Shown piece by piece: positions 38,111 to 46,407 of a stretch of 64,000 nt of DNA. This stretch comes from an uncultured Methanosarcinales archaeon (GTDB taxonomy: Archaea > Nanobdellota > Nanobdellia > Woesearchaeales > ARS49). The translations under genes were made by a program, and so were the position numbers. Under the pieces are notes generated by a model. That model was not told the origin of the DNA and did no database searches. It saw only the letters and a program-made list of their open reading frames with translations. Numbering within the stretch: position 1 is the first letter of the stretch; the number at the start of each line of letters is the position of its first letter. The stretch is taken from NCBI GenBank assembly GCA_964637115.1, contig CAZWVL010000001.1:91105-155104 (forward strand). Direction: 5' to 3'.

Positions 38111-38824
38111 AGATGATAACAATTTCGCGCCTTCAATTAATCTGGGGCCCGGACGATTAAGCAAAGAATCATCAATCACGAACACTTTGTTGTTCTTGAC
38201 TGCCTTCAAGTCTTTCCAGCCCTCTCTTTCAGTGATTTTTTCCTTAGGAACTCTTGTGCTTACACCGCACCAAGAAATTACGATGATGTCAGGATCAAAT
38301 TTTTTGACATCTTCTGTCGTGATTAAATGGCTGACAATGCCGCTTTTGCCCAAACTAATGCCACCGACAATTTCCACTATATCCGGCACCCAGTTGCAGG
38401 AAACAGTCATTGGCCACTCCTCAACGTAAACTTTAACAGAAGGCGAACGCTTAAGACTTTTCAAAACATCATTCATACCGGCAACAAGATTGTCAGCTTC
38501 AGCAGCCTTGTTTACACATCTGCCGATAGCCACGAAAGAATCGAACACAGACTGCAATGTTCTCGGATCGGTATGAAGCACGTTCATACTGATGGACTGC
38601 AGCTCACTTGCCAATTTTTCCTGCACGATAGTTGATGTGAAAATGACATCCGGCTTTGCTGCGCGCACCTTGACCAAATCAACATCAACCCAGCCACCCA
38701 TTTTCTGCTTTGCAGTTGCGGCAAGCGGATAATCACAAAACTTTGTCACGCCAACTATGTCATCATCCAAACCAAGCGCAAACAAGAGTTCGGTGATGCT
38801 TGGCGACAGGGAAACAACCCGCAT
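38099..38824 (-). CDS. BtuF-like cobalamin/metal-binding protein lacking a signal peptide
   Basis: MRVVSLSPSITELLFALG, VGVTKFCDYP, AVKNNKVF, NRPGPRLIEG. Confidence 0.88.
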   Translation of the reverse strand: MRVVSLSPSITELLFALGLDDDIVGVTKFCDYPLAATAKQKMGGWVDVDLVKVRAAKPDVIFTSTIVQEKLASELQSISMNVLHTDPRTLQSVFDSFVAIGRCVNKAAEADNLVAGMNDVLKSLKRSPSVKVYVEEWPMTVSCNWVPDIVEIVGGISLGKSGIVSHLITTEDVKKFDPDIIVISWCGVSTRVPKEKITEREGWKDLKAVKNNKVFVIDDSLLNRPGPRLIEGAKLLSSLIR

Positions 38825-38872
38825 ACCGACGACAGAGATGCATTAATATATAAGTTTTTCAAGCCTACAGAA

Positions 38873-38988
38873 CATATCAAGAACCACCAATAATGCGTAT
38901 GTTTGTGGTGGTTCTTGAGTATGCTCGGAAACCCCGTGCTTATCCAACCGGATAAAACTAGTGGTTTCCGAGCAGGGGTTTCCGACAT
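38873..38988. other. Highly palindromic intergenic element / putative structured leader
   Basis: 13-bp perfect stem 38877-38889/38906-38918; 12-bp stem 38922-38933/38963-38974; competing 11-bp stem 38925-38935/38975-38985; inner 6-bp hairpin 38940-38955. Confidence 0.75.
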
Positions 38989-39705
38989 ATGCCGACCAAA
39001 CTAGCACCAGGAGTTTATGCAGTAGACGTTTGCACGTATCTGCCAGATGTTAAAACACTCATAATTTCTGATTTACACTTGGGATATGAGGAATCGCTAG
39101 GGAAGCAGGGAGTTCTTGTGCCAAGAACACAATATAAACGGATATTAAAACGGCTTGACTGGATACTTGAGCACGTTGCAGTTGAACACGTTGTTCTTAA
39201 TGGAGATGTAAAGCACGAATTCGGCACGATTTCAAAGCAGGAATGGAGAGAAGTAAGAAGATTAATGGAGTACTTCCAGAAGAATAACATTGAGATTACT
39301 GTCGTCAGAGGAAATCACGATACCATTCTTGGACCAATTGCACGCGTTTTGCAAGTGAAAGAAGTTACAGAAGCGTGTCACAAAAACATCCTGATAACGC
39401 ACGGCGACTATGTTCCAAAGAAATTATCTCCAATTATCATCATGGGGCACGAGCATCCTGCAATAACTCTCCGAGAGAAAGCAAAATCTGAGAAATTCAA
39501 GTGTTTTATCAAGGGAAAATACAAAAAAAGTACATTGATTGTACAACCATCAATGAATCCCCTTACTGAGGGCACTGATGTACTGAAAGAACAAGTGTTA
39601 AGTCCGCTGATAAAAGATATTCTGAGTTTTGACGTGTTTATTGTTGACGATAAAACGCACGAAGTATTGCCGTTTGGGAAAATAAGAAAACTTAGCAGTC
39701 AGTAA
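38989..39705 (+). CDS. Calcineurin-like metallophosphoesterase (of the type often associated with Lhr)
   Basis: SDLHLGYE, NGDVKH, RGNHD, THGD, GHEHPA, PSMNP. Confidence 0.92.
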   Translation: MPTKLAPGVYAVDVCTYLPDVKTLIISDLHLGYEESLGKQGVLVPRTQYKRILKRLDWILEHVAVEHVVLNGDVKHEFGTISKQEWREVRRLMEYFQKNNIEITVVRGNHDTILGPIARVLQVKEVTEACHKNILITHGDYVPKKLSPIIIMGHEHPAITLREKAKSEKFKCFIKGKYKKSTLIVQPSMNPLTEGTDVLKEQVLSPLIKDILSFDVFIVDDKTHEVLPFGKIRKLSSQ

Positions 39706-39835
39706 GACTCTTTATCGGTGTTGATTCATCATCGTTTGAGAACCATCTGTCGCTGCCGTCAATGTGGCCGCAGCTCTTACAGACTGTCTGCACTTCGCCA
39801 ACCTTCAGTTTTTTGCATTTAGGACACTGTATCAT
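39692..39835 (-). CDS. 47-aa C4 zinc-finger microprotein (paralog B; not in the ORF track)
   Basis: Hand translation MIQCPKCKKLKVGEVQTVCKSCGHIDGSDRWFSNDDESTPIKSLTDC; SD-like agggtgg; BRE/TATA cgaaaagcttataaa upstream. Confidence 0.8.
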   Translation of the reverse strand: MIQCPKCKKLKVGEVQTVCKSCGHIDGSDRWFSNDDESTPIKSLTDC

Positions 39836-39940
39836 GTTATCCACCCTTTCAATAGAGTAATTCAGAATTTACGACTTTATAAGCTTTTCGGTTTTTGTCA
39901 CAATAAGGTAGTAAATTACTGTTTATTTTCTATATATAAA

Positions 39941-40084
39941 TTATTCTAACTCTTTAACAGAAATATTCTCATCATCCAGAGTAAACCACCTGTCGCCACC
40001 AGTGTTGAAAGTATACATGCAATACCTGCAGAAACTCTGCATTTCTCCGATGGCCAATTTTCCGCATTGCGGACAATGTGTCAT
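39941..40084 (-). CDS. 47-aa C4 zinc-finger microprotein (paralog A)
   Basis: MTHCPQCGKLAIGEMQSFCRYCMYTFNTGGDRWFTLDDENISVKELE; SD-like aggggt; homology to paralog B fixes the start at 40084. Confidence 0.8.
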   Translation of the reverse strand: MTHCPQCGKLAIGEMQSFCRYCMYTFNTGGDRWFTLDDENISVKELE

Positions 40085-40218
40085 TTTGTACCCCTTTGGA
40101 ACCCCGCGGTCTCTAGAACAAGTCCCGCAGGCACTTGCGCACCTGCGGGATTGTCGTAGTGAGTGAAGACTATGAATCGAGAACATTCGGTTCTCAGGCA
40201 TGGAAAACTTTCAGTTTC

Positions 40219-40341
40219 CTACGCGTCTAACCAATTATACTCGGGCACGTTTCGGTGCTCACAGGCACGGCAGACATACGGATCATTTGCTGCACTCTTG
40301 CCTATGATTTCCCCGCAACCCACGCAGTGTAGTTTTTTCAT
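40219..40341 (-). CDS. 40-aa C4 zinc-ribbon microprotein (not in the ORF track)
   Basis: MKKLHCVGCGEIIGKSAANDPYVCRACEHRNVPEYNWLDA; its ATG overlaps the upstream stop (ATGA). Confidence 0.75.
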   Translation of the reverse strand: MKKLHCVGCGEIIGKSAANDPYVCRACEHRNVPEYNWLDA

Positions 40342-40460
40342 CGTCGCATTAACCGGCGAAGAACACTGTCAAAGTGTTCTTCGTCGCTCTGATGTAGTTT
40401 AACAAAATCCCTGATTTCCTCGACGTCCCGGATGAAGACCTTATTCGAATTCATCTTCAT
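40338..40460 (-). CDS. 40-aa ribbon-helix-helix-like microprotein (not in the ORF track)
   Basis: MKMNSNKVFIRDVEEIRDFVKLHQSDEEHFDSVLRRLMRR; GGAGG immediately upstream; overlaps both neighbouring genes. Confidence 0.6.
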   Translation of the reverse strand: MKMNSNKVFIRDVEEIRDFVKLHQSDEEHFDSVLRRLMRR

Positions 40461-40635
40461 CCTCCCAGGCATCGACCATTTCGTTGTCTGCTAGCTCCAC
40501 CCCCTTCTCAAAGGCAATCTCCCATGGAGCCGCGTCATCAGCCTTATCTTCCATGATCTCAATCTGGTCCTCTTCTTCCACGCCTAGGTGGTCATTGAAA
40601 TGGGCCTGCTCAACAAGTACTAGTTTTTGTTTCAT
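40441..40635 (-). CDS. 64-aa highly acidic microprotein
   Basis: MKQKLVLV...APWEIAFEKGV...AWEDEDEFE; strong SD ggaggtg. Confidence 0.75.
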   Translation of the reverse strand: MKQKLVLVEQAHFNDHLGVEEEDQIEIMEDKADDAAPWEIAFEKGVELADNEMVDAWEDEDEFE

Positions 40636-40739
40636 ACACCCCACCTCCTGATTATATTATAACCCTGAGAGTCAATATGGGAGAATTTCATTTATATTTT
40701 GTCCTGATAGAATATAAAATTTATATAAGATGGCTGAAT

Positions 40740-40856
40740 TTATAATGAGGAGAAAGATTTATATAGAAATGCCATATTTATCAGGCACTATTAACCATTT
40801 ATAGTGTATAAGGGGGCATTGCTAAACTTTAAGGGGGATTATAATGAGGAGAAAAG
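40740..40856 (+). repeat. 18-bp direct repeat ttataatgaggagaaaag (two copies)
   Basis: Copies at 40740-40757 and 40839-40856; the second contains the start codon of the AbrB-PhoU regulator. Confidence 0.8.
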
Positions 40857-41743
40857 TTATACAAATAGCGGAATCAACACAACTTATATCACTCCCGCGC
40901 AAGTGGGCGCTCAAACACAGTGTAAAAAAAGCGCAAGAACTTGAGGTTGAAGAGCAAGGAAACAAGCTCGTTATCTCCACAACCACAGAAGACGAATCCA
41001 AAAAAGGAGTTCTAGATTTAAGAGACCAGCCAAAGCTCAAAAGACGCTCGGTCTGCGCAGCATATCTCAGAGGTTATGACGAGCTTGAAGTTCTGTATTC
41101 CAAGCCAGAATACATCCAAATCATCCAAAGCATCATCCCAGAATTCACTGGATACGATATTATCAAACAAGACAAGAACAGTTGCGTCATCAAGCAAATT
41201 TCAAAACCAACAGCCGAAGAATTCGAGAATGTGTTCAATAGACTATTTCTTTTGCTTCACGACACGCTCCAAATGATGACGGACGGTTTAAAGAAAAATG
41301 ACCTTGAGCAACTTAAAGGCATCCAGTTCAGAGAAGTAAACATCAACAAATACTCAAATTTCTGCAGAAGACTTGTCAACAAAGGTGGCTATTCAGCTCC
41401 GGAAATTAACAGCAGCATTTATTTCATATTGATGAGTATTGAGTTTCTTGGAGACGAATGCAAGGATTTAACGCGATACATACTTGAAGAAAAGAAATTT
41501 GACAAAGAGCTTGTACCAATTCTTGAAGAAATGAGCCTTTTATATGAAAACATGTATTTAGCATTCAAAACAAGGAGCAGAATGAAATGCGCTGAGAATG
41601 CTCTGGTGTATGACAAGCTGCATTTGCATGTTGAAAACATGTTTAGAAAGGCCAAAGCAGACCATATCGTTTACCACTACGTATCCCGCATAATCCAAAT
41701 CATTGTTCAAATGCAGGAAGCAGTGCTGTTACTTTCGGTATAA
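40844..41743 (+). CDS. Archaeal AbrB/MazE-PhoU phosphate-uptake regulator family protein
   Basis: RKVIQ...ISLPRKW AbrB-like N-terminus, AYLRGYDELEV, PEFTGYDII, and a PhoU-like helical C-terminus. Confidence 0.88.
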   Translation: MRRKVIQIAESTQLISLPRKWALKHSVKKAQELEVEEQGNKLVISTTTEDESKKGVLDLRDQPKLKRRSVCAAYLRGYDELEVLYSKPEYIQIIQSIIPEFTGYDIIKQDKNSCVIKQISKPTAEEFENVFNRLFLLLHDTLQMMTDGLKKNDLEQLKGIQFREVNINKYSNFCRRLVNKGGYSAPEINSSIYFILMSIEFLGDECKDLTRYILEEKKFDKELVPILEEMSLLYENMYLAFKTRSRMKCAENALVYDKLHLHVENMFRKAKADHIVYHYVSRIIQIIVQMQEAVLLLSV

Positions 41744-42466
41744 TCCGAAAATCTCTTTTAGAATCAGCCTGTAGCTGGCAAATCCAGCATATACTTTTTT
41801 CGCGCCGGCCTTTTTCATCTCTCCGCCCGTATATTTACTTGCGTGCAGAACACCGATTGGTATCGCTTCAACCATTTTAGCTGCTTTCATATCATTCAAT
41901 GAATCTCCAAACACCGCAACTTCAGCATGATTGAAATCATGCTTGTATTTTTCCTCAAGCATGCCAACACAACTTTCAATTGCGCGAACACGATCGCTTG
42001 CAGATACTATTGCGGTAACGTATCTACGAATTCCAGTGGCGCGCAATATTGATATACACGCTTCCTCAGGCCCGCCTGTATAAACGCCAATTGGAATATC
42101 CGCGCTTCTGAGCTCCCTAAAGAACTCCTCTACATTTTCGCATAAATATTTATTCGGATTTTTCTCGGCCCTTATGCGCCTTGCCAATCCAGATTCGTAC
42201 TCATTCTTGCACGCCAAAAATCGCCCGAATGAAGCGTCTTCTGGAACAAACACCTTATTTGCTTTCTTGTATGCGAGTTCCAAGACATCAATTATGATTT
42301 GAGTCATCGACACACCACAATATGCATTTCTTTTCAGCAAAGTCATATCCCCGTGAACTTTGAAATTTCTCCAAAGAGATTCAGCCAATGCCTTATTTGC
42401 AACATCTGTAATTTCAACCAACGTCTTATCACAATCAAATAATGCGACCTTTGCTTTAAACATCAT
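41729..42466 (-). CDS. HAD-superfamily phosphatase (paralog 2)
   Basis: FDCDKT, VYTG, FGDSLNDMKAA. Confidence 0.9.
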   Translation of the reverse strand: MMFKAKVALFDCDKTLVEITDVANKALAESLWRNFKVHGDMTLLKRNAYCGVSMTQIIIDVLELAYKKANKVFVPEDASFGRFLACKNEYESGLARRIRAEKNPNKYLCENVEEFFRELRSADIPIGVYTGGPEEACISILRATGIRRYVTAIVSASDRVRAIESCVGMLEEKYKHDFNHAEVAVFGDSLNDMKAAKMVEAIPIGVLHASKYTGGEMKKAGAKKVYAGFASYRLILKEIFGLYRK

Positions 42467-43221
42467 TACACCTTCACACCAAACACTTCGTAAATTATTT
42501 TCTTATAATCACGGAAACTTTCATAAATTTTGAAAGGCTTCTCATTCTGCAAATCCTTCTCTGAAAACAAGCTTTTTTCCAAAATGCCAACACTCTTGGC
42601 CTTGTATTTATTGGCTGAGCGAATATCATTGGGTGCGTCGCCGAACACAGCAATGTTATTTGTCGGCAGACTCCCGATTTTGGGCCGCAGGTCCTTGATG
42701 CACATGTTAATGAGCTGAACGCGGTCTACTGCGCTTTTGTGATCGCTTGTGCATGTAGCTTCAAAATAGCCTCCAAGGCCTGTTACTTCCAGAACTTTTT
42801 TATGTACATCGGAAATTCCTCCAGTAAACACCCCGCGATGAATTCCTGTTGCACGAAGAGCATCTAGGAACTGATAAACCCCAGGGCATACAAGTCTTCG
42901 CGGCTGTGTGTGCTCTGTAAGATGAGAATTCAATGCTCCTACATAATTTCTCATAGCGTCCTCAATTTTTGAATCAATGTACCAGTGTTCATAATCAGTT
43001 TTTTTTTCAACAAGCCGTGCAATTATGTATGCCATGTGCTGGCCTGCATATTCAGAAGGGCTAAGATCGCCCAGCACACCGTGAATCCCGAACACCTTGT
43101 GCATTGTTTCGTCCAGCGCGCGGTCTACAAGGTGCGAAATCTCAATCAATGTCTTATCGGTATCGAACAGTGCAATCTGCTTATGTGCTTTTATCATTTT
43201 GTGCAAGATCTTTCCAGCCAA
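42466..43221 (-). CDS. HAD-superfamily phosphatase (paralog 1)
   Basis: FDTDKT, VFTGG, FGDAPNDIRSA. Confidence 0.9.
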   Translation of the reverse strand: MAGKILHKMIKAHKQIALFDTDKTLIEISHLVDRALDETMHKVFGIHGVLGDLSPSEYAGQHMAYIIARLVEKKTDYEHWYIDSKIEDAMRNYVGALNSHLTEHTQPRRLVCPGVYQFLDALRATGIHRGVFTGGISDVHKKVLEVTGLGGYFEATCTSDHKSAVDRVQLINMCIKDLRPKIGSLPTNNIAVFGDAPNDIRSANKYKAKSVGILEKSLFSEKDLQNEKPFKIYESFRDYKKIIYEVFGVKV

Positions 43222-45895
43222 TGTAATTGATCAGGAAGTTACGGAGTCTAGATATGTTGAGATCCTCAAGGCGTCTCTTCACATAACCCATATGATGTGT
43301 CTTGTCGGACAACAAGTCTTCACAGAACGCTTTGTATTTGCTATATGCTTTAAGAGTCTGATAATTGTCTTTTCGTTCGCTTCCCTCAAGCTTGTCCAAG
43401 CGGTCATATTCCTGTTTAAACGTTCCAAGCGGTTTGTAACGCTCGAGTTCTGGGTACTTCTTTTCCATTTGGCTTATCACTTGGCTTACAAGTTCCACCT
43501 CACCGTCTTTGTCACCGACAATTGTCATATGCCTGAACAATGATTCGATCTGCTGCAGGCGCCTGAACTTATCAAGCGTGAAATTTGGCTGGATGCGCGG
43601 AAGATAAGTTGTAAGCAATTCGCGTATGTTTGCCCTGCGCTTGCCGTTGGTTTCTGTGTCCAGCACTGCAGTCGCCCTCTGCTTGAAATCATCATACGCC
43701 TTGTGCCGCTCCTCAGATATCTGTTCTGCGCAATTTTTCCAGTATCCCTGCAGGCGGTCAATGACAATTCGCGCGAGCCACCTGTTAAGCAAATAATCAG
43801 TCATAACTGATTTAGAAGGCGTGTTAAACCCGACCAGTTCGTGCTCAACCGCAGTAATCGCGTCTGCAATACCAAGACGTTTGTCCCTGTTCTCAAGATC
43901 AACGCGCGATTTCCTGCTGTGCGTAATCAAGTCCACGTGAATGTTTGGATTTTCACCCGTATACTCAACCAGATAATTGCGGATGTTGCTGTCGGTATAG
44001 AACAGCCAGAGCCACTCAGGAGAACGCAGAAGCTCATCTTCCAAATTGCTGAGTATATATCTCAATTCTTTTTTCTTTTCTCTTCCCAAAAGAATGCGCG
44101 GTTTCCTTTCATCCTGCAAAGTCGCTGGGCGGATTTCGCCTTCAACAAGCTTGGTAAAAACGCGCTTGATGTAAAAGCCGACTTGACGATAGCGGGTGCC
44201 TCCCAGATGTATCGCATGCCTCGTTTTTCGCACGTCAGTCAAATTTGTCAAATGTTCTGTTCCAACAACCTGAAGCTTTGCACAGGCATCAATAACCCAC
44301 TCCAGATGCCCGACTTTTGTTTCATCAATGCTTGCCTTGAGCTTTTTCTCAGCTTCAGGATCTTTTGCGAGTGCGTTCAGGTCCTCAAAGTATTTCGCCA
44401 GCTGCCTGCCGCGCACGCGTGGCATTATTTCGAAAATGTCATAGAACTCAGTGTCTGATGGCTTTCCCAGCAAAGTTGCAGAGCCAGGCAGTCCGAGCTG
44501 TTCTTCTTCAGCGCCAATCTTGATTTTCAGTTTGTCGGCCTCTCCGGCAAGCTCGTTAAGATTCTTGCATTCATTTAATGCACGGTCAACGCTCACTGGA
44601 GCTTTATAACGCTTGGCGACCAAGTCATCGCTCAGCTCATATACCCTGTTCAGGCCTGTCAGCTGCATAAGGCGTGAACCCTGCACATTAACTTCGCGCT
44701 GGTCAAAAATCTGCACGATTTCCAATTCAACATTTGAGCGCGGCGTCAAGGGTTCGGAAAGAGGATCGGCCTGCTTGATGATGCGCTTGATTAAATCATT
44801 CGCCCTTGCCGCATTTTCAGGCGAACCCTCAAGAACATACGCCTGCACCAAATATGCGAGCGCGTCATAATTGTAGTATGCACGCGGATCTGATTTCATG
44901 TACTCGTGCAGGTGGCCAAGGCCTTGCTGCAGGAGCACCTCATTATCTTTCTTTGTCTGTGCGCGCTTTGATATCGGAGTGATGGCATTTTTCTCATCAT
45001 AAAGAATTACAAACGCCTTGCCCAGCAGGTAGCTAATTTCTGTAACTGAAGAGGCTTTTCTCTTCTCCTGCAGGAAACCGATAAGCCCTTCCAAACCGTC
45101 AGAGAATTCCTTTGGCAGCGCATCCCTGCGCATTTTACGGCGCAGGAGCAATCCAGCATATGCAGTTATTGAACGCATCTCATAGCGGTGAATTTGCAAT
45201 ATCTGCGAATACAGAGCAACTGCTTCCCTCCACATCCCTTTCCTTCGCTTCCATTCTGCTTCTTCGCGCATCTTCGGGATGTCTCGTCCTTGCTCTTCGG
45301 AATCATCTATGCGTACGCGCACCACGGTATCGTGCTGCGAATGCTGTTCAGCTAGCCGCAATTCTCCGAAAATTTGATCAAGATCTTGATGGACTTTCAA
45401 AACGGGCGGGAAAGTGTGCGCAGGATAATTTTTGAATGTTGTATTAAACTCGGTTTCACGGTGAGTTATTGAAATGCATGGCGTCACTGTTTTTTCCAGG
45501 ATGTTTTGAACGACCATGAAGCGCTCCCGTCCTTCTTCCGCGCTTTCGTACCCTGCGATTATGCCTGTAAGATGAAACTCTTCAGTCAACCTGTCATTGT
45601 AAAACTTCGTAAGTTCTTCAACAGTATGTCCTGGAATAACGCGATAATTTTCAGCGCTTAATCTAAGTTTTAGCGCCTCGGCAAGCTTCTGATTAGGTTC
45701 AGAGATGAGAACAGATTTCTTTGTGTGTTCCATAAACAGCGCCATCGATTCTTTAATCATTGTTTTTTCATCAGTAGAACGACTTCTCAGAACATATTCA
45801 ACGCGACGTGTGATCTTTCTAAGCTCCTCAGCCGCTTCTGAGTTGAGCGTGAACATCGCGATTATTTTCTCTTCTAAAGATGGCGTATCACTCAT
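43181..45895 (-). CDS. Large multidomain protein: receiver-like, TPR and protein-kinase-like/APH-like domains
   Basis: SVLISEPNQKLAEALKLRLSAENYRV (REC-like, no acidic pocket); TPR helices; GLNRVYEL-SDDLVAKRY...NE, IMPRVRGRQL, YTDSNIRNYL, RVDLE. Confidence 0.7.
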   Translation of the reverse strand: MSDTPSLEEKIIAMFTLNSEAAEELRKITRRVEYVLRSRSTDEKTMIKESMALFMEHTKKSVLISEPNQKLAEALKLRLSAENYRVIPGHTVEELTKFYNDRLTEEFHLTGIIAGYESAEEGRERFMVVQNILEKTVTPCISITHRETEFNTTFKNYPAHTFPPVLKVHQDLDQIFGELRLAEQHSQHDTVVRVRIDDSEEQGRDIPKMREEAEWKRRKGMWREAVALYSQILQIHRYEMRSITAYAGLLLRRKMRRDALPKEFSDGLEGLIGFLQEKRKASSVTEISYLLGKAFVILYDEKNAITPISKRAQTKKDNEVLLQQGLGHLHEYMKSDPRAYYNYDALAYLVQAYVLEGSPENAARANDLIKRIIKQADPLSEPLTPRSNVELEIVQIFDQREVNVQGSRLMQLTGLNRVYELSDDLVAKRYKAPVSVDRALNECKNLNELAGEADKLKIKIGAEEEQLGLPGSATLLGKPSDTEFYDIFEIMPRVRGRQLAKYFEDLNALAKDPEAEKKLKASIDETKVGHLEWVIDACAKLQVVGTEHLTNLTDVRKTRHAIHLGGTRYRQVGFYIKRVFTKLVEGEIRPATLQDERKPRILLGREKKKELRYILSNLEDELLRSPEWLWLFYTDSNIRNYLVEYTGENPNIHVDLITHSRKSRVDLENRDKRLGIADAITAVEHELVGFNTPSKSVMTDYLLNRWLARIVIDRLQGYWKNCAEQISEERHKAYDDFKQRATAVLDTETNGKRRANIRELLTTYLPRIQPNFTLDKFRRLQQIESLFRHMTIVGDKDGEVELVSQVISQMEKKYPELERYKPLGTFKQEYDRLDKLEGSERKDNYQTLKAYSKYKAFCEDLLSDKTHHMGYVKRRLEDLNISRLRNFLINYIGWKDLAQNDKST

Positions 45896-46030
45896 GCAGT
45901 ACAAGTCAGGTATCTAAGATACCTCCCCCTTGGTTACTATTGCTAAGTTACTAATACTGGAGCGCCATTTATAAAGTTTTCCTAGTCTGAGCAATAGATT
46001 TAAATACCCAAACTTCTTACATTTATTTGA

Positions 46031-46345
46031 GTGAAGATGATAACGGGGGTAAGCATGACGGGTCCAGGTACACCAGACACTTCAATAGACATTTATGTAG
46101 CTGCGCTTACGCCTGAAGAAAAGAAAGCAATGTATGACTTGATTATGCATCGCGAAAAAACAAAAAAGACCTGGCCAGAGTTGCGCGAATCTTATCAGCG
46201 TACTGCTGATCAGATAGTTCTGTTCAGTATGCGTGGTGATTTAGAAAAAGACATTCAGCGCATTGATATACTTTCCACTTTTGAAAGCAAATATGGCGAT
46301 GTTTCAAAATATTTCGCGAATGGCAAGAACGGAAACGGCCATTAG
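46031..46345 (+). CDS. Hypothetical protein
   Basis: 104-aa ORF behind TATA-like gatttaaata. Confidence 0.6.
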   Translation: MKMITGVSMTGPGTPDTSIDIYVAALTPEEKKAMYDLIMHREKTKKTWPELRESYQRTADQIVLFSMRGDLEKDIQRIDILSTFESKYGDVSKYFANGKNGNGH

Positions 46346-46407
46346 TTCTTTCTTTTCAGTAGTAACAGACCGAAAAGCATATAAACCCTCGACGGAGACC
46401 TATATCC

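Noticed and set aside
38824-38988. Cobalamin riboswitch upstream of the BtuF-like gene
   Set aside because: No B12-box or other conserved cobalamin-riboswitch motif on either strand; the hairpins lie upstream of the apparent btuF TATA box.
40085-40201. N-terminal extension of the 86-aa ORF in the track
   Set aside because: Homology with paralog B and the SD position place the start at ATG 40084; the extension runs through hairpins.
40085-40440. SRP RNA, RNase P RNA or tmRNA in the hairpin-rich stretch
   Set aside because: Their signature motifs were not found, and most of the region is explained by small overlapping ORFs.
43841-44458. 205-aa plus-strand ORF, and other long antisense ORFs such as 63575-63985 and 49162-49695
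   Set aside because: Shadow frames opposite well-supported genes; no motifs.
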